DNA of 64,000 bases. It comes from Brachionichthys hirsutus (lineage: Eukaryota). Below, in pieces: positions 12,875-26,435 of the stretch. Position 1 is the stretch's first letter, and every line of letters starts with the position of its first letter. Position numbers and translations under genes: made by a program. The stretch is taken from NCBI RefSeq assembly GCF_040956055.1, contig NC_090911.1, forward strand, positions 1,460,830-1,524,829, read 5' to 3'. Under the pieces are notes generated by a model, which saw only the letters and a program-made list of their open reading frames with translations, was not told the origin of the DNA and did not search any database.

Positions 12875-15789
12875 CTGGCAAAGAAGACGGAAACAAGGCC
12901 GCAAGGGCTTTTTTGAAATGCTCCTCTTAGAGAGGATGTTTGACTGTACTTGTACTCTAACATTCTATCTAATAAATATATTAATCATCATCAAAGAGAA
13001 ACATTGTGACTACAATGTGACACAACCGCCACAGCAGATAATTTCAATAGGCCGCAGAATCTGGACTAAAGTGAACGGACCCACGCCAGGCACAAAGTAA
13101 AAACCTGTTTCAGCAGGCTACGTTCACAGTCAATCACAAATATTTTAGAAACTGTTTTCATGTCAAAGGGGAAATGTAAATATTGTTCTAAGTCTGATTT
13201 GAGCTTCCTGTAGAATTATTGAGCGTTAGGAAACAGACAATCGTGAGCTAAATCAATGGTTTGAGGAATAAACCGAAAAAGTCCACCAATAGCTGACATG
13301 AAGATGAAGTGTCCTCTAATGACAAACAAATATAAATCATTGCACTTATTATATGGTAGGTTTAAATAAAATTAGCTAATCGAGTGCCAGCCATTTTCAG
13401 CTCAGCTGTATGCTGAGTAACACAGTTTTCGCGCATTTTTCCCGATTTCCAAGCCCCACAGAATATTCTTTACTATGACTACGCACACACTGAATCTGCC
13501 AAACGAAAGATCAAAGTCTCTTCTTTCATCAGGAAATAAAACTGTTCCTACCATTTCCATTTTCCTTTCCGCAGTTATTGGCTGTTGAAGAAAATCAGAT
13601 TTCAATGTCAGGGTTGGCAGTGAATGTTTGGGTTATTAAAAAAATGTCTTTAGATGTGAACGGCACTCAAAGAGTTAATGCTGCATATTGTAGAGTTATT
13701 AAAAGTGACATCCGGGCTTGTTTTCTGAAAAGGATGTTTTCTAAATCTTCAAATGAGATCATAATCTGATTCTTCCACTCGTGGTGTACTAGAGGGAAAT
13801 ATGGAAACAGTTGTGCCTCCCATTATTCACTGCAGGGGTTTTATTGGTTGCACTAATGAGTCCGCAAATGTCAGTCACCTCATTTAATCTGTACACAAAA
13901 GCACACTACATCATGGTCATTGATTAATCCAAGATTTTGACTCACCTAAAAAAACAAAGAACTAAAAGCAGCACACGAAGCATAATCAATCCCACATCCG
14001 CAGTAATTAGCGCACAGAGAACAGATTAAGGACGTTCACAGTCACGAATAAACGAGGAGAACATGTGGCGGATCAGGGAGTTTAAAGTTGTGAACTGCGA
14101 TGTGAGGACAAACATTAGTTTGGGCTGTTTGACAGGAGGAAAGACAGAATGTTGGTTCAGTTTTGTTTGTAAATGCTACTATAGTTAACAATACTGCAAA
14201 CAATATATATATAAAGCTAATTCTGAATGCAGCTCCGCCCTGACAAACAGGTATCGGAAGCACTGGCGGGATCAAGCCGGAATGGGTGCCATACATAGGG
14301 CGCCACAACCGAGCTCGATCACAGGCTCGGTTCTCGGTCAACACAGCTGGGCTGATGGGTCGGGATGGGGGGGGGCGAGACAGTGGGATCCAGAGGAATG
14401 AGATCCATCAGGCTTGGCTGGGGGAGAGCTCGTCTGCAATAGGAGAGCACTCGGATATCTCCACGCTCACAATGTGCCCGCTTGAACCTTACATTTGTAT
14501 CGCCGTCTGAAAATATATTTAACAAATTGCATTTATCCTCAGGATTCATTTCCAGGAGTTCTTTCATGGCAGATTGTCCCACTCTCCCATCCAATTTCAT
14601 GGTTATCAATCAAGCAGTTTATGTAGTATCAACTTAAATTGAATAAAAACTCATATATATATTTTTATGGTAAAAAAAGAAAAAGAAAACTCCGGACTCC
14701 GTCCCAATACCTGCATTCCCTTCGAAATGTAATGGGTTGTTCTTTTCTTATGCTCAACCCTCCCACCAACAGACGAGCAAAACCAACACTGGTGAAAGCA
14801 TTACTTCATTGATCGAGGTGATAACATGCTCTTAAAATTCATATAACAATAGCAGTCTGACCGAGAGAGTCCATGAAGGGGAGAATAAACTAAAAAAAAT
14901 ATGAAGGAAAGTAAACTTAGACAGCTTATTGTAGTCACTAATGGAAAAATAGAATATCACCAGACTTAGCATTTTAATAAGCATCCAATTGATTTCAGAA
15001 TTAGGTCATGCTTTGTGAACCTTGTTGCAGCCTGAATCTGCCTGATTTATGACTCCACACAGCAAGCTGGTCAATCCGCCCGAACTCACGCCGTTCATGG
15101 GAAAGATTCATTTTCCATTGCTGCTTTGGAATGACTTAATGCACACGTTCCAGCCTTAAAGCTTGGACCTGCTGTTGATTTAATGTTCTGAATACAGACA
15201 AGCCTCCACAGTCATATATTTACAGGCGGGCAGCAGATTAGGTCATTTTAATGAATTAATTCACTTAAGTATGAAGCAAGTCCCTGAGTTCAGATTTCTC
15301 AAATAAACACCGTTTATTTAGAGACAGGTCTCGGGTAATTATGGAGGGGAATTACTCACACTGTTCAAGCAGACACAGGTGATGATCATGTGCTGGGGTT
15401 CAAAGGTCATTGTTGTGAAGGTCAATGAAGGAGTCTGTGTTTCTATAGGCTGAACACGGCCTGAATTCGACTTTAATGAATGTGTACAACTACACAAGTT
15501 CACTTTCTGGAGTGTGCATGAACACTAGTTAAAGGATTTTCATTGAAATTGCCCTTTACTAATCAATGCATCATTATTGAATCATTAGTTATGAAAATGG
15601 GTGCAGGTTTGCCTGTCTTTGTGTATGTGTTTAATTGTTTAAAAAGGATACCCGTTAGTTGCTACCCAAGTAACAAATAGTTACGAGATCATCACTGTCT
15701 AACACACCTTGGGTCAGTGGCCGCTCAGACATTCTGTCAGCAGGTTAGAAATCAATTCAAAACGAGACGTCCCAGTTTTAAGGAAAACT

Positions 15790-16765
15790 GCAGAATGTGG
15801 GTTCTGCAGAACAGCCTCACACTAATGACCTCCAGAATGTGGGTTCTGCAGAACAGCCTCACAGTAATGACCTCCAGAATGTGGGTTCTGCAGAACAGCC
15901 TCACAGTAATGACCTCCAGAATGTGGGTTCTGCAGAACAGCCTCACAGTAACGACCTCCAGAATGTGGGTTCTGCAGAACAGCCTCACACTAATGACCTC
16001 CAGAATGTGGGTTCTGCAGAACAGCCTCACAGTAATGACCTCCAGAATGTGGGTTCTGCAGAACAGCCTCACAGTAACGACCTCCAGAATGTGGGTTCTG
16101 CAGAACAGCCTCACAGTAATGACCTCCAGAATGTGGGTTCTGCAGAACAGCCTCACAGTAATGACCTCCAGAATGTGGGTTCTGCAGAACAGCCTCACAC
16201 TAATGACCTCCAGAATGTGGGTTCTGCAGAACAGCCTCACACTAATGACCTCCAGAATGTGGGTGCTGCAGAACAGCCTCACACTAATGACCTCCAGAAT
16301 GTGGGTTCTGCAGAACAGCCTCACACTTCTCTGCCGGTGCAGCAATGTCTGCTGCTCCATGCTCAGAAGTGACGTCAGAGCTCAGTGCCTCGACGTCAAA
16401 AACAGACAACTCCTCCTTCATCCTCTGGAAAACGTGCGTCGCTCGAAAAAGAAAACATCTCCCCCAGCCTCGCCATTTCTTCTTCTGTTTGCACTCCAGC
16501 TACAAAGAATCGCGTCTCCTTTTCACTCTGGCGTGCTGAGATGACGCTCAAACTACCTGTGGCGGCGGACGTCGATTAGCTGCGTAAAAACGCACGCGAC
16601 TCTCCTCGTTAGCTGCGGCATCCGGTCACCGGTCACTCACTGGCTCACGTTGAAAAGTAGCACAGCATGAATTTTATTTTCAATTCAGGTTGGATTTTGT
16701 TTTTGTGCGCTGCGGAGATTTTCGCATCAACAGTGCACAATTACGCACGTGCGCAGCTTAGAGGG
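15790..16765 (+). repeat. left arm of a large inverted repeat: a 42 bp tandem array (15790-16335, about 13 units of GAATGTGGGTTCTGCAGAACAGCCTCACAGTAATGACCTCCA) plus about 430 bp of unique inner flank
   Basis: The 42 bp periodicity is visible directly. The inner flank 16335-16765 is the reverse complement of 24850-25370. Confidence 0.9.
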
Positions 16766-17214
16766 AACGTTGGTGGCAAGAATTCTCTAAACAGCTTAAA
16801 GCTGGACTCTGAAACACTGGAGAACAAGAGAAAGAGAAAGAGAAAGTTTGATTTTAAAAAGTAATTACACCCCATCACCCCCACCCACCCACAACCCCAC
16901 CCCACTCAATGCATTCCACTTAACACCACGCCACTGAAACGCATGATAGTGCACATTGGACCCTTTTATGATTGTGATTCTTGGTGAGTGAAATGAATGC
17001 ACATTTTACAAGGTATGCTTTTTGTTTTTGTAAATAAAACATCATGGGATTTTTTTGTTCTGTTGGCTGACCTTTTTTGCGACAAGCATCCAAAAAGCGA
17101 TGAGTTACAAATAAAAAATAGTACATTGTTTGTTTGTTTTTCTTCTTTTAAAATGATCAGTTTAAAAATCAGTTTACCGTAATGAACCAGCCAAAAGCAA
17201 AGAAAAGGACTTAC

Positions 17215-18110
17215 GATGCATTTGTTGGGTTTTTCCCCAGAATGGACCCTCATGTGGATGAGCAGCTTGTAGCGCGCGTTGAAGGGTTTGTGGTGTCGCA
17301 CACAGCCGGCCCAGAAGCACGAAAACTCTTCCCCTTTGCGCTGATCGATGTGCACCTTCTCAATGTGCCTCACCAGCGCCTCCTGACTGCTGTAAGTGGC
17401 ACTGCAGTCAATCCAATGACATGGCTGGTCCTGCTGGTCCACTGCAAGGTCCTGTCTTGTGGGTCCATTAAGCTTCTGTAATGTATCTGCGGTACTGTCC
17501 TGACCGTCGTGGCTGTGAGGCAGTAGGCCCACCTGGAACAGTGCCTCCTGCTGGCTGTTCCCTTCATACGGTTCCCTCTTACATGCGGAAAAATCCTCTG
17601 CAGGCTCTTGTTTGATGGAATGATACTTGTCCTTTATTGTTTGTTGATAACTGTTGTTGCCCCCAGGTGCATTAGAAATAGGCAAAGATAAAGATGAGGA
17701 GGAGGAGGAGGAAGAGGAAAGAGAGGATATCGGAGAGCCAAACGGATGAGCTGGAGGGCAACTGCTGAGCATACAGGACAAAGAGAGGCAGGGCTGGGGG
17801 TAACAACTGAACCTCGGGTTGTTGTTTTTAGGATCTGTACACACGGTTGTGGCAAAGTCCTCCACAGCTGCTTCTGTGTGGGGTCCGGCTGTCTTACAGC
17901 TGAGCAGAGAGGTTAGGTCCCGTCCCAGCGACGACAGGGACAGGGAAGTCCATGGCGCACAGCAACCACCCAAACCGCCTGACTGCGTCGACGACTGAGA
18001 AAAACCCTCCGAGGAAAGTGGGGCCTGAAGGTCCTCGGCATCCACAAACAAACTTCCAAAACCTGGAAGAGTCAGCTGAACATCTGGAGGGCCGAGGTCA
18101 GGGGGCCACA
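17215..18110 (-). CDS. glis1: GLIS large 5' coding exon: N-terminal region plus zinc fingers 1-2
   Basis: The exon encodes CHWIDCSATYSSQEALVRHIEKVHIDQRKGEEFSCFWAGCVRHHKPFNARYKLLIHMRVHSGEKPNKCI, closed by the donor TGCATC|gtaagt. The upstream IKQEPAEDFS motif, the CVRxxKPF residues and the FEGC in the next exon favour GLIS1 over GLIS3. That paralogue assignment rests on memory of the family alignment. The candidate ATG at 18108-18110 is assumed; an upstream exon cannot be excluded. Confidence 0.8.
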
Positions 18111-21097
18111 TCTTGGCCCCCAACGATTTCCACTAAGATCTCTGATGATTCTCTTCAAGCAGCTTTAGGAATCCATTGGAGGCAAAGCCACCGATAGGCT
18201 CTTTCAATTCTTAAATCTTCTTAGATTGCTGCCGTCGTCTCATCTCATCCAGAGTCTTCTGTCATTTGTTCCGAACTGCTGCTGGGTCAGTCGTCTGCAT
18301 GCACTGTGGGAGACAGAAGCCAAACCCACATGAGTCATCTTAAAGGACAAAAACCACAAACACAAAGCCCTTTGTGAGCCAACAGCGGTCGAAGTACCCA
18401 GAGAGGGTTACAGGGTAACTAATTATTTTAGTCCAAAAAGTTCTCAATTAGATGTAGAAGCTTTGCGTGTAAACTCCTGCCAGGCCCTATTGAGGATCAC
18501 GAGATGAATAATGAAAGAAAAAGGAAAGAGGAATCACCAAAATCTATATCCAAATTACCTATAATTCCCACAATGCAACTCAATCAACGATACACTGCCT
18601 GGAATTTGTTGGTTACGCTAGTAGCAGCTAATGGGCTCAGATACGCTGTCACTCTGCTAAAATTATTTAACCACAATTAAAATCCAACCAACAACGACTC
18701 AAGTGACATCACATGTGGTAATTGATTCATCTTCTGCTCCCAGTGTTGCAAACAAAGATAGTAAAGAACTAAATTAAACTTTGTTTGCACAGTACGCATG
18801 CGTATACTTGATGTGTAAAATCGTAATTCAGATCAATTGAATCAAAATCAAAGCAATATAGAAAGTACATAGTCCCACATATGTGCCATGTAGCTTTTAT
18901 GCACCGATTTCAGCTGCGCTCATGCAGGCCTTGATCTACTGCACTGCTGTGAATCAGTGGCTCGGCTGGCGTCACAACGTGCCATGGCGTTGAAAGAGCC
19001 GAAACATGAAACCAAAAATGAGTCATATTCTGTTATTTCATCATTTAGTTCAGTCATTAAGCAGCAGAGAGGGTCCCAAATGGAATGAAATAGCATGTCC
19101 GAGCGCCTCGTCCGCAGGCTCCAATCAAACACATGGAAGTGTGACGCTCTGTATATTTAGTCTCCTTTGAGGCGCTGTAGGAGTCAGGGCTGATTCATGA
19201 CTGCGGGCATTAAGGCCACCCTTGCAGCAAATAGCAGCCGTTGTGTGGCCGCCGATTGCCTGGAACCTGGTCCAGATGCTTGTTAACAGAAGAGTAATGG
19301 ACCACATCGGACTGTTAGCTAATGACGCCGCATAGAGGCTGGAAAAGAGGGGATCACCCTGAGGTTCCACCTCCCTGTCACATGCGCAGTAGTTCTACGG
19401 TGATACGGCACTTCAGCGTTTATTGGAGTTGATTTCCCTGTCTTCTGCCATTTAAGAGATATTGATGACCTAATTCACAACAGGATCCCTGTCAGGCGTT
19501 AATAGCCATCGACAGATTCAAAGGGATTTCATGCAGATGGTTCTTTCACGAGCCAGCTGAGAGGATGAGTAAGTTCTCCTCTGCGGTTTATATTAGCCGA
19601 TGATGGAGTTACTAAGTGTGGGTCCTTGCCCCACAGTTTCCTGGTACAGTCGGGTTTACAGCTTTATAATTATTCCTGTAAAGGGCAGGAGTTGCCACCG
19701 TGGAGTCACATAGGAGAGCAGTCATGGGAGGCGTGGCTGGTTCTTAATTAGAGTTGGACAGGATTAATGATACGTGCACAGCAGAAGTCATCAATCAAGG
19801 CGTTTGAAATATAATTGTTACCCAGTACAAAGGTAACAACCGTTACATTTAAGATTCAAATGTAAAATGAGAAGGAGAAAAAACCTCAAAGGATATTACT
19901 GATACGTCATCTTTATTAGTCATTAAAGTCCAGCATCAACTGAGAAACAACGAGGGTGCAGACGGGGGGTTTCTTGCCCCTGAATGTTCAGGAGCCATTT
20001 CTTGGCCCAGATCCAGAAAGAAGAATCCTAAATTAAAACCAAGAAAAGCGTCTCGCATAACCACAACCGAGCATGCAAACAATAAAACAGCAGGCACGTC
20101 TCATGCGGTGGCTTTTAAAGCCCCACATGTTAAGCTGAGCTAAACACAGCTGTGGCATTTCATGACAAACAAACAAGAACTCATTTCACAATAAGCCCTT
20201 TTTTGCAAATGGTTCGGGGCTTTTACGTTCCACTGAAACATGCTGAAGCCCTTCTTTAGATTGTTTAGTCAAAAAAAATGAAAGGAAGCTTAGAAACATT
20301 TATGAGGCATGAGGGTTTTTTTATGTTGTTTTAAATTAAAGGTTGTTATTTTTTTATATACTGCGCAAACATAATCGATAAGACTTTTTTTTAAAGATCT
20401 TTAATTGTCGGTGGTGGTATAGCATATTCAGTACAGAACCATATGGAATTAGCATCATGTATATCCAAGTACATTTGAGAACACTGCCTTTATTTCATTT
20501 CTGTGTAAATCATATCAGATTCTATGACTTAGCGAAGGATAATAAGAGCTGCAGATCTTAGTTCTTGGATTGGATCAGAATACTTTTGTGCAAAGAAGTA
20601 CCCATATGTGTAGTATATTTTAATGGAATATGTTTGTAGGAGAACAAAATGTCTTAAAGGTGGTTGGCTGACCACTTTCCCACATGTCTCAGGTGTTGTT
20701 GTGAAAGACGTGAGAGACCAATAAGGCTATAAAGGAGAATTCTGAGCGGAGGTGGAAAGTTTTCACTTTGATTTGCACCTCGGGGTCCCCATTTTCAAAA
20801 GCAGCAACCAGCATTTAATTGTGAACAAAAAGCACCTCAAAGTTGTACAAAGAACGGAGAAGACAAACAGGTCAGCCGCCTCACCAAACCAGGGATGTGG
20901 CTCCGATGAGTGACAGCAGACTGGCTAACATCCTCCTGTTACAGGTGTGAGCACAGCAACAATAAGGACCCGCCTGCTCTGCCTGCAGACTCCTGATAGA
21001 CATAACCCATGAGATACAGGGTTAACCCTCACCCTTCCTCCCACCTCCAAAAACATGCAAATGATCTGAATTGGTTACACTAAGTTGTCCATACGTG

Positions 21098-21245
21098 TGA
21101 GTATGTGTGTGTGTGTGTGTGTTTGTGTGTGTGTGAATGATTGTGTGGCCCTGGCAGCTTGTCCAGGGTGTCCCCCGCCTTTCGCCCATTGACTGCTGAG
21201 ATCGGCACCGGGTCGCGGGCCAAGCTCGAGCCTGACAAAGCGGTC
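21098..21245. repeat. (TG)n microsatellite plus SINE-tail fragment (tgtgtggccctggcagcttgtccagggtgtcccccgcc...)
   Basis: It is similar to the 3' tail of the SINE at 58780-58870 and to 33155-33260. Confidence 0.6.
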
Positions 21246-24200
21246 AAAAATAAATGAATGAAATATTCTGTTAAATGTAATTAAAGGCTGAAGCTTTCTA
21301 AACAATAGTCGGTGTTTGGTTGCATTTCCCCCCCGGAGGAAAAGCAAATTATAGTCTTAATTTTGCTGTTTTTGTTGCATCAATAGGTGTAGCCTAAATG
21401 AAAGACATATTGGCTATTTAAATATTGGCATATCTAAATTTTAAAAGCCAAACCTCCAGATACAAATCCTGCCAATGGTGTGAGCTCACGTATAAATTTT
21501 GAGCCAAACGTAAATCCAGGTGACAAAACCACAGCTGGCTGCAAGAGCTGCTTGAAAAAGACGAGAGGAATGCAAACCACCGCCAGACCCCAACAGGAGG
21601 AGGCGATCGCTCCTCCATCCCTGGTATACCAACGCTCCCGCTGGAAGAGGAGATGCAGAGGACGAAGGCCGTTTGAATGTGCTCCAAAGAATTCTATCCA
21701 CACATGAAAAATAAAAACACTCAGTTAGATGCACCCTCTTGATAACTGTGAGCCACATGAAACGCGCACTGTTTCTGTGGAATGTCCTCACTTAATGTGA
21801 TGGATGTGATCATTCGTATCCATAACACTGCAGGCTTCTTTGTTGTTGCCAGAAAAGATTATTTGGCTCCTTGCACATTTTTAAAGGCAGTTTGGGTCAG
21901 AGGAAACTCAGTGGGAAACTGCGAATAACCGAGTCTCATGTTGCACAGCATAACGACGCGTTATTGGATCAGGAATCGGGCATATCATCTCAGAAAGCGG
22001 TCCGCATTGCTGCTAACTTTAGACACTCCCATAGCTCCCTCCTACAGTACTTCCAATAAATCATCGAGAAATGTCAAATTTACTATATCGCCAAACTAAC
22101 TGCAGCTTTTGTTTCTCATTGTATATTTTTACAGGTCGGATCATTTTTCTTCATTTATCCATCAATTTTCTTGTAGATGAGACAATCTAATTGTCGTAAG
22201 ATGAAACAATTGTCTCATCGACAGCTGCTTTTCCACTTTACGGGTCACGGGAGTTGCTATCCCAGCTTGCCATGAGCAAGAGGTGGGGTACACCCCGGAC
22301 GCATCGCCAGCACATCATAGTTCATTTATATTATTTATAGTTAATATAATAATTCATGTTGCTAATTAGGCTGAAATAAAAACAAACAGTCTTAAACTGC
22401 GATATACTGCCACAGTGAAATGCTTCATATACATACATTTAATCATCAGAAATAATAATAATCCAACCATTGTTGGATTTATCTCAGACAAACAAATGCC
22501 GGCGATGACAGAACCCCCACCTCGGGGGTAATAAAAACATCTCAGCGCCACCACGGCTACATTAACAACCCAGCTGGGCTGTCAGCATCACTATCGGAGT
22601 TTGAGATGTCATCATTCTGCCTTACATTTGCTTTCTTCAACCTAAGTTGCATTTCCTTTACACATAAAGCGTGTTTACGGTGTGGATGCCTTCCTCTTCT
22701 TCCATCAGTGCTCACCTATCCCTCCATCCTCCTCTCCTGGCAAAGCATTTACAAGCAGGTGTGGATCTGTGAGAAACTGTGAGAGCACAGATGGCAGGAA
22801 ATTCCAGTGAAATGACAGTAGCTCAGACTAAACCACAAGACAGCCTCAGCAGAGCCGGAGAGCAGGCCCAGCAGGCCCAGCAGCAGCGCCGATGGACTCC
22901 ACTGAGAGGAGCCGGCTCTCCAGCGCCTTGAAATAGGATCAGCTTCTTAGGGCGTCTGCTAAAACTCTTCTATGATGGAGCGAGACTGGTTTGGTGGGCA
23001 CAGACTGGCTCCAATGTGTCGTTCCAAACAGAGTTTTGGGTGCTATTTGCTCTCAGAAACGTAGTGAAAATAGATACAGCCCATGTCTGGTTAAACATGA
23101 GGAATGCTGCCAAAATTATCACGCAGGTCAATATCAGGCAACACTTTCCAGGTTCTCGCCCAGCAGCTCAAATGGGAAACTGAGAAATAGTGCAATGAAA
23201 CAACACAAATATCGAACTGGAGAGGGCCCTTTAAAAGCCTGGAATTAAACAGTTGAAGAAAGTTTCAAGCAAACATCAATTTTATGGCAAAAGCAGCAGC
23301 CAATAAAGAACACTCTTACAGTTTGGTCTCGCGACTAGCGCTGATGGCGAGGTCTTCCGGTAAATCTTGAGCCAATCATGTCAACGAAAATGATTCCAAT
23401 CAATCAAACCATCAAAACAGAAAGAAGAGAGGAGTGAGACGAATCAACCAGAGGTAAAGCAAGTGTAAAGGTCAAACACTGTCCCCCGTCGCACCTTTAC
23501 ACAGGAGTGAGTCTGATTTCATTTGATAGAAATGTCCTGCCCCTGTGTAAATTTACATCACAAAACACAGGATGAGATGAGCAGCTCTGATGAAGCACGT
23601 TCCTCAAAGCTTGGTGTCTTTCCATCGTTGTCTCTGGGGACACTAAAGAGATCTTTAAAAACTGTGACTGAAATTTAATAAACTGTCAAATACTGAACAG
23701 AACCTGTTTTTCCACTCACTACAAGAGCTACAGACACACGTGTTTGCTTGTAGAGGTAATTTATTAGTGACAAAGAGACAATGGCTGAATTAAAGGTGGG
23801 GGGGGGGGGGAATGTGAGACTGCATTTGAAGCCCAGATTGTTTGGCAGATAAAAATAGCTTTCTGGCCGAAGGGGAGTGGAAGTTTTGGAGTCGTGTTGC
23901 GAAGGCATTTGGGAATGAAACCAGATAAGGAAAATGGCTTATTAAAAGGGATAAAAAATGAATTTATACTGTAAACATACACTTATAACCAAGGTTGTAA
24001 CTATTACTTCCGGAATAACCATTACTGAAAATGTATATTTTATTCATTGCAAACATTTCTCCCTCCATTTGCAGCGGGGCTTCTGAATCCTTACAAACAC
24101 CTTCTTTTGTGTGTGATAACATTTCCAAACGTAAACCTGCTTTGCTCCGGAAGCGGATGAATCGAGGACAGCCGAGTGAAACCAGGGCTTCGATCTTCCT

Positions 24201-24849
24201 TACAGATCCTTTTCATTTCCCTGCCTCTATGTTGTTGTTTTTTTTTGTGACCCTTCTAAGAAACAACTCCCTTCATGTTGTCTATGGACCAACACCAACT
24301 ACTGTAAAAACAGTGGACTTTGTTGCTCCTGGCTCTGTTAGACATTAATAGGACATAATACTTTTCTCCTGTTGCCGATTATATTCACCAATATACAGTA
24401 TATGCTGGAATGTTTTTTCATTGTCAATGCTTTGATTTAATCAAAGCTCATGCTGAAGAACTCACGGTAACCAAAGGTGGAAGGGTGATGTTTTTACGAA
24501 GGCCTTGTCTCATCTCCAAAAAACAACATATAAAGTAGAATTAGGCTGTGAAACTTTTAAAGCCATGTAGGGACACATCCCTGCTGCGTTAATCTACATT
24601 ACGACCATTTTAATATTCAATGGAATGAAAATATGTTGAACGCACAGAATAAATCCTGTAGTACCTGTCTGAGTAGTTGAGTTCATTATTACTTTCATTT
24701 GCAGCTAACAAATATAACAAGTTTGTTTTTTTTCCACTCACCGAGCCAGGCAGCCAGAGACATTTAGCAGCTCGATCAGGGGTCACAAACTCAGATTACC
24801 TGGGGGGGCCACAGGAGGCAGAGTCCGGGTGAGGTCGGGCAGCATCAGG

Positions 24850-26435
24850 TATTCCACCGAACCACGTTCCCTCTAAGCTGCGTGCGTGCGCAATTGCGCA
24901 CTGCTGATGCGGTCTTCGCGCAGCGAAAACCTCCGCTGCGCGCAAAAACAAAATCCAACCTGAATTGAAAATAAAAGAAAAAAGTTAAAATTCATGCTGT
25001 GCTACTTTTCAATGTGAGCCAGTGAGTGACCGGTGACCGGCTGCCGCAGCTAACGAGGAGAGACGCGTGCGTTTTTACGCAGCTAATCGACGTCCGCCGC
25101 CACAGGTGTTTGAGCGAACAACGCGGCGTGGCCGATGTGGAGGGAAGACGCTTAATAATAAAGACAAGGCGAACGGGCGGTGACGTCATCTCAGCACGCC
25201 AGAGTGAAAAGGAGACGCGATTCTTTGTAGCTGGAGCGCAAACAGAAGAAACGGAGAGACTGGGGGAGATGCTTTCCAGAGGATGAAGGAGGAGTTGTCT
25301 GTTTTTGACGTCGAGGCACTGAGCTCTGACGTCACTTCTGAGTATGGAGCAGCAGACATTGCTGCACCGGCAGATAAGTGTGAGGCTGTTCTGCAGAACC
25401 CACATTCTGGAGGTCATTACTGTGAGGCTGTTCTGCAGAACCCACATTCTGGAGGTCATTACTGTGAGGCTGTTCTGCAGAACCCACATTCTGGAGGTCA
25501 TTAGTGTGAGGCTGTTCTGCAGAACCCACATTCTGGAGGTCATTACTGTGAGGCTGTTCTGCAGAACCCACATTCTGGAGGTCATTAGTGTGAGGCTGTT
25601 CTGCAGAACCCACATTCTGGAGGTCATTACTGTGAGGCTGTTCTGCAGAACCCACATTCTGGAGGTCATTACTGTGAGGCTGTTCTGCAGAACCCACATT
25701 CTGGAGGTCATTACTGTGAGGCTGTTCTGCAGAACCCACATTCTGGAGGTCATTACTGTGAGGCTGTTCTGCAGAACCCACATTCTGGAGGTCATTAAAG
25801 TGTGAGGCTGTTCTGCAGAACCCACATTCTGGAGGTCATTACTGTGAGGCTGTTCTGTAGAACCCACATTCTGGAGGTCATTAAAGTGTGAGGCTGTTCT
25901 GCAGAACCCACATTCTGGAGGTCATTAAAGTGAGGCTGTTCTGCAGAACCCACATTCTGGAGGTCATTACTGTGAGGCTGTTCTGCAGAACCCACATTCT
26001 GGAGGTCATTACTGTGAGGCTGTTCTGCAGAACCCACATTCTGGAGGTCATTACTGTGAGGCTGTTCTGCAGAACCCACATTCTGGAGGTCATTACTGTG
26101 AGGCTGTTCTGCAGAACCCACATTCTGGAGGTCATTACTGTGAGGCTGTTCTGCAGAACCCACATTCTGGAGGTCATTAAAGTGTGAGGCTGTTCTGCAG
26201 AACCCACATTCTGGAGGTCATTACTGTGAGGCTGTTCTGTAGAACCCACATTCTGGAGGTCATTAAAGTGTGAGGCTGTTCTGCAGAACCCACATTCTGG
26301 AGGTCATTACTGTGAGGCTGTTCTGCAGAACACACATTCTGGAGGTCATTACTGTGAGGCTGTTCTGTAGAACCCACATTCTGGAGGTCATTACTGTGAG
26401 GCTGTTCTGCAGAACCCACATTCTGCTGGTCATTA
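24850..26435 (-). repeat. right arm of the inverted repeat: unique inner flank (24850-25370) plus about 25 units of the same 42 bp tandem repeat in reverse-complement orientation (25370-26435)
   Basis: The repeat is the reverse complement of the left-arm unit (ctgttctgcagaacccacattctggaggtcattactgtgagg). Some units are 45 bp variants with an aaagtg insertion. Confidence 0.9.

Noticed and set aside
15717-16544. Long ORFs (up to 275-291 aa) in several frames and on both strands across the 42 bp tandem arrays (15717-16544, 15752-16360, 24992-25867, 25332-25781 and others)
   Set aside because: They are a direct consequence of a 42 bp (14 codon) stop-free repeat unit. All frames are open and the 'proteins' are perfect 14 aa repeats. 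There is no codon bias or domain content. They are not called as genes.
15790-26435. Tandem arrays, considered as CRISPR arrays
   Set aside because: This is a eukaryotic locus. The arrays have no unique spacers, being pure tandem repeats, and there are no cas genes.
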